Of a stretch of DNA of 64,000 nucleotides, positions 21,301 to 31,425 are shown piece by piece (within the stretch, counting starts at the first letter, position 1; each line of letters begins with the position of its first letter). This DNA comes from Bacillus subtilis subsp. subtilis str. 168 (GTDB lineage: Bacteria > Bacillota > Bacilli > Bacillales > Bacillaceae). The DNA is taken from the NCBI RefSeq assembly GCF_000009045.1, contig NC_000964.3, positions 2,976,001 to 3,040,000 on the forward strand, read 5' to 3'. The notes under the pieces were generated by a model that searched no databases, had not been told where the DNA came from, and worked only from the letters and a program-made list of their open reading frames with translations. Made by a program: the position numbers and the translations under genes.

Positions 21301-22620
21301 TTAGCTTCTTTCCATCAGCTGAACCATCAGCATCGCTTTAGACACGATATGACCTTGGCTGTGCACTTCCACTTCCATTTTCCCAAACTTTCTGCCGGCC
21401 TCCAAGATGCGAGGTTTGACTTCGATGACTGATTCCATCTGCACAGGCTTCAAAAAGAAGATGGTGATGCTCTCTATGACGAGTTCGCCGCGTTTTTTCG
21501 AGCGCAAAAATCGGTTTGCCGCTTGCGTCAAAATGGTCGTAAATACGCCATAAGAAATGGTTCCAAGCTGATTTGTCATTTGCGGCGTGACTTCATACTC
21601 GTAAACCGTTTGATCTTCTTTATCATCACCCTCATCTTTAAACCCCCTTGAAACGATATCATCAAGCTTCTCCCCGACCTGCGGCTGCTTTTGAATCATT
21701 TGAAGAGCTTTCAATACGTCTTGGCGGCTGATCATGCCGATGAGTTTTTGGTGGCCGTCAGTGACGGGAAGCACTTCGATCCCTTCCCATACCATCATTT
21801 GCGCAGCTGAAGCGACAGATGTTTTCCCAATAACCGTGACGGGATTTTTGGTCATGACTTTTTCTATAGATGCATTTCGGTCATGGCCAGCAATATCTTT
21901 TGATGTCAGAATGCCATGGATTTTCATTTGATCGTCGACAACCGGGAAGCGGCCGTGCCCCGTTTCAAAATTTTTCTCATACCATTTTTCAAGTTTATCC
22001 TTAGGCGAAAGATATACCGTGCGGTCAGCAGGTGTTAGGATGTCCTCCACCAAAACAATTTCTTTTTTGATCAGCTGGTCATATATTGCCCGGTTAATCA
22101 TCGCGGCAACTGTAAAGGTGTCATAGCTCGTGGATAAAATCGGCAGTTCAAGCTCATCTGCCAGCTGCACAATGCTGTCATCCGTGTTAAAGCCCCCGGT
22201 CACCAATACGGCCGCGCCCGCTTCAAGCGCCTGCCTGTGTGCATTGATTCTGTTTCCGACAATCAAAAGATTCCCCGCTGCGGTGTAACGCATCATCGCG
22301 TCAAGCTCCATCGCGCCGATGACGAATTTATTCAATGTCTTATGGAGCCCTGCCCTGCCTCCGAGCACTTGTCCGTCTATAACATTTACAACCTCTGCAT
22401 AGGTAAGCTTTTCAATGTTCTCTTTTTTCTTTTGTTCAATTCTGATTGTGCCCACACGTTCAATCGTGCTGACAAACCCTTTATTCTCTGCTTCCTTGAT
22501 CGCTCTGTACGCGGTTCCTTCGCTTACTTTCATTTCCTTTGCAATTCTTCGGACAGAAATTTTTTCACCGACAGGCAGTGAATCGATATACGTTAAAATT
22601 TGTTCATGCTTCGTTGCCAA
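21301..22620 (-). CDS. ytoI: HTH-DRTGG-CBS-CBS-HotDog protein
   Basis: 439 aa from a TTG (MATKHEQIL); N-terminal HTH (SVRRIAKEMKVSEGTAYRAIK), DRTGG-like VLVTGG, CBS pair, C-terminal HotDog fold. Confidence 0.9.
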   Translation of the reverse strand: MATKHEQILTYIDSLPVGEKISVRRIAKEMKVSEGTAYRAIKEAENKGFVSTIERVGTIRIEQKKKENIEKLTYAEVVNVIDGQVLGGRAGLHKTLNKFVIGAMELDAMMRYTAAGNLLIVGNRINAHRQALEAGAAVLVTGGFNTDDSIVQLADELELPILSTSYDTFTVAAMINRAIYDQLIKKEIVLVEDILTPADRTVYLSPKDKLEKWYEKNFETGHGRFPVVDDQMKIHGILTSKDIAGHDRNASIEKVMTKNPVTVIGKTSVASAAQMMVWEGIEVLPVTDGHQKLIGMISRQDVLKALQMIQKQPQVGEKLDDIVSRGFKDEGDDKEDQTVYEYEVTPQMTNQLGTISYGVFTTILTQAANRFLRSKKRGELVIESITIFFLKPVQMESVIEVKPRILEAGRKFGKMEVEVHSQGHIVSKAMLMVQLMERS

Positions 22621-22694
22621 GCCTTTCACCTCTAAGGACAGTCTTCTTGTTTTTATTATAAGGTTTCAAAGGATTTATACGCAATGAGGCTGGA

Positions 22695-22724
22695 AAATAA
22701 AAAAGAAGCCCGACCGGCTTCTTA
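22695..22724 (-). terminator. Terminator ending the snaA-ytnM operon
   Basis: aaaaaagaagcc-cgacc-ggcttctt; U-tract on the minus strand. Confidence 0.75.
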
Positions 22725-22795
22725 CAGCGTTGATTTCGTTCCAGTCAAACGCAAGGACCACGTGATTCCTTTTACATCGTAAAGCGGAAAAACCT

Positions 22796-23698
22796 TTATT
22801 TTTCTTTTAAATGGACATCAACCGCTGTCTTAACAATATTTCGATTCCCTATTTTAGATAAAACAAATAAAACTGCGGATAGCCATATCGCCCCTATGGC
22901 CGTATAGATCAATGGATGAACAGCTGTGTTTGCGATCCATTCATTTATTAATGTTCTGGCATTTACCAGAATAATAAATCCTCCTACAAGCACACCCATC
23001 AATTGCGGATGAAACTTCTGCACCAGCCATGCTGCGATAGGGGCAGCGATAATTCCGCCGGCCATTAGTGAAAACACCCATAACCAATTGACGTCCTCCC
23101 ATCCTAATGAAATAAGAAAACCGGCGGTTGCAGATACGGCGATGGCAAATTCACTTGTGTCTACAGTCCCGACAACTTTCCTCGGGCTCAAGCCTTTGCG
23201 GGATAATAAAATCGGAGTGGTCACCGGTCCCCAGCCGCCTCCGCCTGTGGCATCTGCAAAACCAGCGATCACTCCCAATGGGATGGATTGTTTTCGGTTT
23301 AACGGCACATGCTTCTTCTCAAGAGCCGGCTTATATTGAAATAAAAACCTGATCAATACATATCCGCCCAGAAGGAGCAAAAACAAAGAAATATAGGGTT
23401 TCGCCACATCTCCAGGTAATTGGCTGAGGAATGCCGCGCCTAAAAAAGCGCCTATAGAGCCGGGAATGACAAGCTGATAAACGGTTTGTTTGTCAACATT
23501 GCCAAATTTAATATGCGACACTCCCGATGCGGCAGTCGTTACGACTTCCGCTAAATGGACAGAAGCCGAAGCCACAGCAGGTGTGATGCCAAACGCCAAT
23601 AACAAAGAAGTTGAGGTAACCCCATAAGCCATACCTAACGAACCGTCTATTAACTGCGACAATAAACCAATAAATGCAAAAACGATTAATTTCTTCAT
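22796..23698 (-). CDS. ytnM: TauE/SafE (sulfite exporter-like) membrane protein
   Basis: 300 aa polytopic membrane protein; DGSLGMAYG and DATGGGGWGP repeats typical of TauE/SafE. Confidence 0.88.
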   Translation of the reverse strand: MKKLIVFAFIGLLSQLIDGSLGMAYGVTSTSLLLAFGITPAVASASVHLAEVVTTAASGVSHIKFGNVDKQTVYQLVIPGSIGAFLGAAFLSQLPGDVAKPYISLFLLLLGGYVLIRFLFQYKPALEKKHVPLNRKQSIPLGVIAGFADATGGGGWGPVTTPILLSRKGLSPRKVVGTVDTSEFAIAVSATAGFLISLGWEDVNWLWVFSLMAGGIIAAPIAAWLVQKFHPQLMGVLVGGFIILVNARTLINEWIANTAVHPLIYTAIGAIWLSAVLFVLSKIGNRNIVKTAVDVHLKEK

Positions 23699-23716
23699 CA
23701 GAACACCCCATCTATA

Positions 23717-24967
23717 TCAATCAGATATTTTTGACTCTTCATTCGAATCTAACAATCTCTTGGCGCTTTCATATAAAAAATAAGAGGCTTTGATAATTGC
23801 AGTTTCATCTATTGTAAATGCAGGGTGGTGCCAATCATGATCACCGTCTGTTCCAAAAAACGCAAAGGATCCCGGAATATGCTCAAGATAATAAGCAAAA
23901 TCTTCCCCCGCGGTTGATGGGGCGGGATCAATGACTTGAAGTTTCGCTTTATGTGCAGCGTCTCGCACCAGCCCCGTAATTGCCTCATCATTACAAAGCG
24001 GCGGCGGTCCGGAATGCCACTTCACATTTGCCTTTAACGAGAAAGCGGCAGAAATCTGCTCTGTGACTGCAAAAAAACGCTGTTTCACTTGATTACGAAC
24101 CTCTGAATCAAATGTACGAACAGTGCCCTCAATGACCACTGTATCCGGAATGACATTCCAAGTGCTGCCGCCGTTGATTTTCCCTACGGTTAAAATCGCG
24201 CTTTGCAGCGGGTTTACATTTCTGCTTACAATCGTTTGCAGGGCGACAATAAGCTGAGAGGCGCCGATAATTGGATCAAAACCATTATGCGGCAATGCTG
24301 CATGAGCACCTTTCCCTTCTATCTCTACTTTAAATCGGTCAACAGCAGCCATAAGCGGGCCTGTTTTTAACCCTACAGTCCCAACCGCGATATCCGGTTT
24401 ATTGTGAAGGCCAATAACCGCATCAATGCCATCCAGTTGGCCGTCCTCTATCACTTTTGTAGCGCCTGCACCCGCTTCCTCTGCTGGCTGAAATAATAAA
24501 CGAATCTTTCCTTTCAGACTGTCTTGATTTTCCTTCAATAAAAAGGCCGCACCAAGAAGCGCTGCCGTATGAAAATCATGACCGCACGCATGCATGATCC
24601 CTTTATGTTTAGACGCATAAGGCAATCCTGTTTTTTCTTCAATTGGCAAGGCGTCAATATCAGCCCTCAAAGCAATCGCCGGACCTTCTGACTCCCCTGC
24701 TATGTCTGCGAACACACCCGTTTTTAGAGCAGTAGGGCGAATCTGTATCCCCTTTTCTTTAAGGCATTTTTTTATAAAAGCAGTTGTTTCAAATTCTTCT
24801 TTTGACAGTTCAGGATATTGGTGCAGGTGCCGGCGAATGCCGATGAGCTGCTTTTCTAGCGTTGAGAGATTTACGGGATTAGACTCCTCTTTCAACGTCA
24901 GGATGTCATTTCCTGTAGTCTGATATGGATAGGAGCCTTCTATATTTCTCCAATAATCCAAAGACAT
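23717..24967 (-). CDS. sndA: M20D amidohydrolase, N-acetyl-cysteine deacetylase
   Basis: 416 aa; RRHLHQYPELS, RADIDALP, MHACGHD, FQPAEE, GEDF. Confidence 0.9.
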   Translation of the reverse strand: MSLDYWRNIEGSYPYQTTGNDILTLKEESNPVNLSTLEKQLIGIRRHLHQYPELSKEEFETTAFIKKCLKEKGIQIRPTALKTGVFADIAGESEGPAIALRADIDALPIEEKTGLPYASKHKGIMHACGHDFHTAALLGAAFLLKENQDSLKGKIRLLFQPAEEAGAGATKVIEDGQLDGIDAVIGLHNKPDIAVGTVGLKTGPLMAAVDRFKVEIEGKGAHAALPHNGFDPIIGASQLIVALQTIVSRNVNPLQSAILTVGKINGGSTWNVIPDTVVIEGTVRTFDSEVRNQVKQRFFAVTEQISAAFSLKANVKWHSGPPPLCNDEAITGLVRDAAHKAKLQVIDPAPSTAGEDFAYYLEHIPGSFAFFGTDGDHDWHHPAFTIDETAIIKASYFLYESAKRLLDSNEESKISD

Positions 24968-24984
24968 ATGTTCCGCTCCTTTCC

Positions 24985-25677
24985 CTATCCCAATATATTT
25001 TCTTCAGACTCTTCAACATAAGATGAAATAAATCGGTTCAATTTATCAGCAAGACCGCCCGCCCCAAATCTTATATACTTGCTGGAAACTTTCGGATTAT
25101 CTTCTTTCAAAAAGCTTAAAAAAGATAAAATATAAATGCGCCTGTAAGCTACTTGTGTAATTCCGTACTCAAAAAACCAGTTATCAATGACATTGTATAC
25201 GCCTCGGTTGACGCCATATAGGTTATTACATTTCTTGTAAAAGCAGAGATCCGGAAGATTTAACTCCTGATGGGAAAGAAGGCTTTCTTTTTTGTTTGGT
25301 GCCATAATCCCAATCAGCTCAAAGCGTTTTGCAACGCACGAAATATCCTTTTTAATTTGCTTTGTTAAAGACTCCAAAGAATCAAACCTTCTTTCTTCTC
25401 TAATTTTAAAGAGAATGCTGCATTCGATTTTTTCTCCATAAATGTCTCTATGAAAGTCAAACAAAAAAATCTCCAATGTCTTTTCAAGGTTAGAGCCCAC
25501 CGTCGGTTTCACACCGATATTCATAACCCCTAAATGAAATTGATGATTGACTGTCGCCAGAACCCCATAAACTCCATTACGCAGCCCATGTATTTTTGCA
25601 TCTACATTTGCCGTGGGGAATCCAAGCTTTCTGCCTAATTGTTTTCCTTTCACAACCGTACCGGCAATGATCGTCAA
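24985..25677 (-). CDS. ribR: Monofunctional riboflavin kinase with extra C-terminal domain
   Basis: 230 aa, TTG start; GRKLGFPTANV, MNIGVKPTV, FDFHRDIYG; no FAD-synthetase domain; about 100 aa C-terminal extension. Confidence 0.92.
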   Translation of the reverse strand: MTIIAGTVVKGKQLGRKLGFPTANVDAKIHGLRNGVYGVLATVNHQFHLGVMNIGVKPTVGSNLEKTLEIFLFDFHRDIYGEKIECSILFKIREERRFDSLESLTKQIKKDISCVAKRFELIGIMAPNKKESLLSHQELNLPDLCFYKKCNNLYGVNRGVYNVIDNWFFEYGITQVAYRRIYILSFLSFLKEDNPKVSSKYIRFGAGGLADKLNRFISSYVEESEENILG

Positions 25678-25723
25678 AAAAGTCAGCCTCCTCTCTCAGC
25701 TTCCGCATTCGATCAGACGAAAC

Positions 25724-27052
25724 CTAATGATGTGATGAATGTAAAACGGATTGATGCTGCGGAATGCCAAGACCGAGATTTTCCCGCAATGTCCCGCCGC
25801 GATAATCTTGACGATAAAGCCCTCTTTCTTGAAGAATCGGAATCACCTTTTCTACAAAAGCATCAAGTGTTCCCGGTATATCCGACCCAACGATAAACCC
25901 ATCCGCCGCCTCAGCGTTGAACCAAGTTTCAATTAAGGATGCGACACGCTCTGGTGTTCCGATGAATAGAGTCCGTGGAAAAGCCATTTCCTGTGCTACC
26001 TCCCGCAATGTCAGATTTCTGGCTTTTGCTTCTCTCTTAATCCGGTCTGTTGTGCTTTGAAACGCATTCTTTCCCACATCGCCAATATCGGGAAATGGCT
26101 CATCCAACGGGTAAACACTCAGATCATAATCATCAAAAAAACGGGCCAAATAAGTAACAGCATTTTCAATCGGTATCAATTCTGCAAATTCACGATACTT
26201 CTTTTCCGCCTCTTCTTCCGTATCTGCCACAATCGGGCTGATCCCTGGAAAAATCCGCACACTTGAAGGATCACGCCCTTCATCAGCAGCTCGGCTTTTC
26301 ACATCCGCATAAAACGCTTTTGTCTCTTCTAATGAATTGGAATGGGTAAAAATCGCATCCGCATTTTTAGCAGCAAACTGCCGGCCTGTTTCTGATGAAC
26401 CCGCTTGAAACACTACAGGCTCTCCCTGCTTAGAGCGCCCGATATTCAAGGGCCCCTCTACTTGAAAATACTTTCCTTTATGATTCAGGCGATGAAGCTT
26501 CGCCTGATCGAAAAACTGCCCTGTTTTCTTATTGTGTATAAATGCGTCATGCTCCCAGGAATTCCACAGCCCGCGCACAACATCCAAATGCTCTTGTGCG
26601 ATCTCGTAACGTTCAGTGTGTTCTGGCAAATTAGACTTACTATGGTTGCGCGCCGCTCCTTCCTGCGGCGAAGTAACCAGATTCCAGCCGGCCCTGCCCC
26701 CGCTGATATGGTCCAGCGACATCAATTGTCTGGAGATAGTGAATGGCTCAGTAAAAGATGTAGAGAACGTCCCTACTAAACCAATATTTTTGGTAACCGA
26801 TGCCAGCGCAGATAAAATGGTGATCGGTTCAAAACGGTTTAAAAAATGAGGAATCGATTTTTCAGAAATAAATAAGCCGTCTGCAATGAAAATAAAACTA
26901 AACAAACCTTTTTCAGCTGTTTGCGCCTTTTTCATGTAAAATTCAATATTCGTGCTGGCCGAGGGATCAACATCGGGATGACGCCAGCCGTCAGTTGTTC
27001 CCCCGACACCGTGAATCATGGCTCCAAACTGAATAAAATCTGCACGTGTCAT
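25724..27052 (-). CDS. cmoJ: NtaA/DmoA-family flavin-dependent monooxygenase
   Basis: 442 aa; [36 protein letters not shown]. Confidence 0.9.
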   Translation of the reverse strand: MTRADFIQFGAMIHGVGGTTDGWRHPDVDPSASTNIEFYMKKAQTAEKGLFSFIFIADGLFISEKSIPHFLNRFEPITILSALASVTKNIGLVGTFSTSFTEPFTISRQLMSLDHISGGRAGWNLVTSPQEGAARNHSKSNLPEHTERYEIAQEHLDVVRGLWNSWEHDAFIHNKKTGQFFDQAKLHRLNHKGKYFQVEGPLNIGRSKQGEPVVFQAGSSETGRQFAAKNADAIFTHSNSLEETKAFYADVKSRAADEGRDPSSVRIFPGISPIVADTEEEAEKKYREFAELIPIENAVTYLARFFDDYDLSVYPLDEPFPDIGDVGKNAFQSTTDRIKREAKARNLTLREVAQEMAFPRTLFIGTPERVASLIETWFNAEAADGFIVGSDIPGTLDAFVEKVIPILQERGLYRQDYRGGTLRENLGLGIPQHQSVLHSSHH

Positions 27053-27330
27053 CTTTTTGCCTCCTTTATCTGTGCATGATTAGCAAGTGCAAGATCAAGG
27101 TGTTCAATGCCGATTTCAGTTATCCCTTGATACTGATTGCCGCGCCCGATTTCGACCACAGGCACATGGCGCACCCCATATTTCACCTGTAAAATATCCC
27201 GAAGCTTTTCTTTCTCTGAAACATCGATATTTTGGAACGGGAACCCTTTTTCATTCAAATAATTCTTGACTTCCTCACAATACGAACAGCCTTTTTTACT
27301 CCAAACCACAATGTTCACAACATCACTCAT
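27049..27330 (-). CDS. cmoI: Glutaredoxin-like protein
   Basis: 93 aa; CSYC motif and cis-Pro VP; 4-nt overlap with cmoJ. Confidence 0.9.
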   Translation of the reverse strand: MSDVVNIVVWSKKGCSYCEEVKNYLNEKGFPFQNIDVSEKEKLRDILQVKYGVRHVPVVEIGRGNQYQGITEIGIEHLDLALANHAQIKEAKR

Positions 27331-27344
27331 TCTTCTGTCCCTCC

Positions 27345-28349
27345 TTAACGTTTTGCAGCTAAAACTGCATCGCTCAGCAGCTGATAAGACAGCTGTTTTT
27401 CTACAGCATTTTTGATCGGTGTAAAAATAACAAAATCATTGATTTTGTATGTGCCTGATAAACGTGTTAATTCTTCTGCCACTTCTTCCTTTGTTCCGGC
27501 AATAATCCCGGTTTTTTGCACGATGATGTCATAGGGCTCTGTGACGTTTTCCAGATAGGCCTCAGCCTGTTCGCGGGAACCGACGTTGACCTTACGCCCG
27601 TCTTTCAAAACCACTTTTATCGATTCACGCGACACAATATGTTTTTCCGCTTCTTCTTTTGTATGTGCCGCAAAAACAGCGGGGGCAAGATGAAATTCAG
27701 CCTCAGATCCTGGCGGGAGATGCGCGTCAAATGCTCGGCGGGCTTCCTTCAGCACTTCCTCTTCACCGTTAATAAAGTAAGCAAAGACAAAAGAGATTCC
27801 CAGTTTTGCAGCAGAAATGGCACTCTCTGTGCTTCCTCCCAATAGAAAAATACCCGGCTTCCGATCAACCTGCGGCCTAGGACGCAATGCGGCATAGCGG
27901 TGGGTATCAGGAAAATCATCCCGAACGAAATGAGTAAGCTCCTCCAGTTTTTCATCAAACTGACGCACCGGTTTTTTATATTCGGCCTGCAGCGCGTCTG
28001 TGGACAGCTGAAACCCGCCGGGCGCTTTGCCCACTCCAAGATCTATACGGCCGGGAGCTAACGCTGATAGAAGATGGAATTGCTCCGCTACTTTATAAGA
28101 GCTGTAATGCTGCAGCATCACTCCGCCTGATGCTAAACGAATTTTTCTTGTGCTTGCAGCAAGATAGCCTAAAAGAACCTCGGGTGCAGACCCTGCAATC
28201 TCATCATTGTTGTGATGTTCGGCCACCCAAAATCGGTGATATCCACATTCTTCAGCCATTTGTGCCAATTTCACTGTATGCTGTAATGTATCAGCTGCTG
28301 TCTCCCCTTCACCAATCAAGCTTTGGTCTAAAATACTTAAGCGGATCAT
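27345..28349 (-). CDS. cmoO: Luciferase-like monooxygenase
   Basis: 334 aa; [29 protein letters not shown]. Confidence 0.9.
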   Translation of the reverse strand: MIRLSILDQSLIGEGETAADTLQHTVKLAQMAEECGYHRFWVAEHHNNDEIAGSAPEVLLGYLAASTRKIRLASGGVMLQHYSSYKVAEQFHLLSALAPGRIDLGVGKAPGGFQLSTDALQAEYKKPVRQFDEKLEELTHFVRDDFPDTHRYAALRPRPQVDRKPGIFLLGGSTESAISAAKLGISFVFAYFINGEEEVLKEARRAFDAHLPPGSEAEFHLAPAVFAAHTKEEAEKHIVSRESIKVVLKDGRKVNVGSREQAEAYLENVTEPYDIIVQKTGIIAGTKEEVAEELTRLSGTYKINDFVIFTPIKNAVEKQLSYQLLSDAVLAAKR

Positions 28350-29125
28350 ATCACCGGCTCCTTTATGTGTTCTTTTGGTTCAAATAAATATTCCGGCGAA
28401 ACACGGCGGAGAAACTGCCTCGTTCTGTCTTTTTTGGTATGGCGGAAGACTTCCTCCGGGGTTCCTTGTTCAACAATGACTCCTTCATCCATAAAAACAA
28501 CTTGATCAGAGACCCTTCTTGCAAACTCCATTTCATGTGTAACAACAATCATGGTGGCTCCGGTTTTCACGATTTCCAGCATTACCTCAAGCACTTCACC
28601 GACCAGCTCCGGGTCAAGCGCTGCCGTCGGCTCATCGAACAGCAGCACATCAGGATGAATGGCAAGCGCCCTTGCTATCCCTACCCTCTGCTTTTGTCCT
28701 CCCGATAACTGACTCGGATAAGCGTTCAATTTATCTTGAAGCCCGACCTTTCTCAGTTCATTTTCCGCTACGGCATACGCGTCTTGTTTTCTCATTTTCC
28801 GGGCAATCGTCAAGCCCTCCATGACATTTTCAATCACCGTTTTGTGAGCAAACAGGTGGTATTGCTGAAATACCATTGCCGTCTGTTTTCTGAGCCAGTG
28901 AACCTCTTTTTTGGACGGAAAGCGGCAATTAATCACTTTGTCATGTATAGAAATGATCCCTTCGTCTGGACGTTCTAATAAATTCAGGCACCGTAAAAAG
29001 GTGGTTTTCCCTGATCCGCTCGGCCCGATAATCGTCACAACTTCTCCCTTGCGTACCGTGAGATTTATCCCTTTTAATACATGGTGGATGCCAAACTGTT
29101 TATGGATATTTTTAATCTCAATCAT
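28346..29125 (-). CDS. tcyN: ABC transporter ATPase
   Basis: 259 aa from MIEIKN; [18 protein letters not shown]; 4-nt overlaps at both ends. Confidence 0.93.
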
Positions 29126-29829
29126 AAAGTGCCTCCTTGAAATCTGGCTGCCTTTCTCTCTAATACTCCATTTGCGGATTCTAGGATTAGAGTCAGCACC
29201 CAATAGATAATCGCTGCTCCGATAAACGCTTCTAAAAATGCATAATTATCAGAAGCAACGATAGTCGCCGTCCCTGTAATCTCTGGGACAGCCACTATAG
29301 CCGCGATAGAGGTGGTATGCAAAAAGCCGATACCCAAATTTGTGAAGTTTGGGATGGAAACCTTCAGCGCCTGCGGCAATATTACACGCCGAAAGGTTTG
29401 GCTGTATGTCAAGCCGATTGAATAAGCCGCTTCGACCTGTCCGGTATCCATCGCCAGAATGCCCGACCGGATGATTTCTGTGAGATAAGCTCCGGCAGTT
29501 AAAGACAAGGCCATGATGACAAACATGGAGACCGGTATCTCATTAGCGGACCAGCCGAGATGAAAAAAACTGCTGACTTGATCTGCAACAGGCGGTATCC
29601 CTAAATAAATCAACATAATGTGAAGAATTGCAGGTGTACTTCGAAAGAAAGACACATAAAACCTTGAGCAAGCCACCAAGCCCTTAATTCTAAAAATTCT
29701 AACAATTATATTTCCAAGAGCCACGAGAAATCCAAACACAATCGGCAAAACAGCCATCATCAATGTCAGAGGAATGGTCTTTACCATTTCTTTCATGGCG
29801 GAAACGATAAATGGAAAGTCAAATTGCAA
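29122..29829 (-). CDS. tcyM: ABC transporter permease
   Basis: 235 aa, TTG start; FFRSTP and EAA loop ([10 protein letters not shown]). Confidence 0.92.
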
Positions 29830-29858
29830 TCTTCTCCCCCCTCATCCGAAGAAATATA

Positions 29859-30578
29859 TCAATGTATGTTCATGTCAAAAACAGTAACAATCCTTGTTTG
29901 ATTCTTCTTGATTCGTTTTTCTGCCACTCGAAAGAACCATTCGAATAAAACCGCTACAGCATAATAAACAATCGATAGCGCAATGTAAACTTCAAGAGAA
30001 TGGTTGCTTGAGGTAATCAGTGTTTGGCCCCTTCCGGACATATCCATAACACCTATTGAAAAGGCTAGAGACGTATCTTTTAAAGAACTGATCACCATGT
30101 TTCCCATATTCGGAAACGCCTGGACAAGTGCCTGGGGCAGAACGATTCGCCTGAAGGCCTGACTACCGCTTAAGCCAATACTGTACGCCGCTTCCGTTTG
30201 GCCTTTATCTACACTGCCCACCCCCGCTCGAATGATTTCTGCGGCTGCCGCTGCATTGCTTAACGCGTAGGTTGCGACAGCAGCATAAAACGGGTCCATT
30301 TTTGATGTATCAATCCCGATAAGCCCCGTAAGCGCCGGGATCCCGTAAAACACGATGAAAAGCTGCACCATGATAGGCGTTCCCCTGAAAAACGAGATAT
30401 ACACTTTTGCCAATTGATTTACAATTGGAATATTATAGATGCGGGGCAGTGCCAGAAAGAGTCCTAATACAAAACCGAAAAGCAAGGACAGTGTTAAAAT
30501 GTATAATGTAACCGGTAAATAAGCGGTTAACGTCGGCACAAAATCTCCAATCATGTTCATATCAAACGCTTTTTCCAT
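29859..30578 (-). CDS. tcyL: ABC transporter permease
   Basis: 239-240 aa; FFRGTP, GQTEAAYSIG. Confidence 0.92.
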   Translation of the reverse strand: MEKAFDMNMIGDFVPTLTAYLPVTLYILTLSLLFGFVLGLFLALPRIYNIPIVNQLAKVYISFFRGTPIMVQLFIVFYGIPALTGLIGIDTSKMDPFYAAVATYALSNAAAAAEIIRAGVGSVDKGQTEAAYSIGLSGSQAFRRIVLPQALVQAFPNMGNMVISSLKDTSLAFSIGVMDMSGRGQTLITSSNHSLEVYIALSIVYYAVAVLFEWFFRVAEKRIKKNQTRIVTVFDMNIH

Positions 30579-30599
30579 CACTGCTCCCTCTCTTTTTAC

Positions 30600-31412
30600 C
30601 TAATACTGCTCTTTGGAATAGTCGTCACCAAGCCATTTCAAACTGAGCCTTTTCAACGTTCCGTCATCAATGATTTCCTGTAAGGCTTTATCAATATCGT
30701 CACTTAACGTTTGTTCATTTTTGTTAAACATAAAATACACTTTGGCATTTGAAAGCACATTACCGACGGTTTTTTCTTTAATAGTGCTCGTCTTGTTTTG
30801 AAAGTCTACTGCAAAAGGCGTTGAGATCGTTGCGTCCGCACGCCCCGATTTCAGCTGATTCGCAGTCTCATTTGCGCCTTGGCCCTCATAGGCAATCTCA
30901 AACGGCCGTCCATTATCCTCATTCCATTTTTTCAGTACAAGCGCTCCGTTGGAGGTTGCACTCGTAATCACCCGTTTTCCTTTTAAGTCTTCAATTCCAC
31001 GGATCGTATCGTTATTTTGAAGCACAGTAATTTTTAAAGGAAAATGGTTGTAAGCAACCTTGTTAAACAGAAATTTTTTCTCACGCTCTTTGCTTTTCTC
31101 CATTTGATGTGCCACGATATCGACTTTATGCTGTCCGAGGCTGACAAGCAGGTTGGAAAATTCCATCGTTTTAAATGTGAATTTATAATGTGGCAGGCGC
31201 TTATCAAGCTCTTTGATCAGTTCGACATCATAACCGGTTAAATCGCCTTTTTCATCGATAAAGCAAATATTCGGAAATTGGGTTCCAGTTCCGACCGTGA
31301 TCGTCTGTACCTTCTTTTGCCCGGCTCCCGTCGTTTGACTGCCTGCACCGCAAGCTGACAGAACTGTTATAAGCGAAAATAATATTGCCATGAATGCTGT
31401 TTTCGTTTTCAT
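30600..31412 (-). CDS. tcyK: ABC substrate-binding lipoprotein
   Basis: 270 aa from MKTKT; lipobox LSAC; SBP family 3. Confidence 0.92.
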   Translation of the reverse strand: MKTKTAFMAILFSLITVLSACGAGSQTTGAGQKKVQTITVGTGTQFPNICFIDEKGDLTGYDVELIKELDKRLPHYKFTFKTMEFSNLLVSLGQHKVDIVAHQMEKSKEREKKFLFNKVAYNHFPLKITVLQNNDTIRGIEDLKGKRVITSATSNGALVLKKWNEDNGRPFEIAYEGQGANETANQLKSGRADATISTPFAVDFQNKTSTIKEKTVGNVLSNAKVYFMFNKNEQTLSDDIDKALQEIIDDGTLKRLSLKWLGDDYSKEQY

Positions 31413-31425
31413 CTCATCGCCCCAT

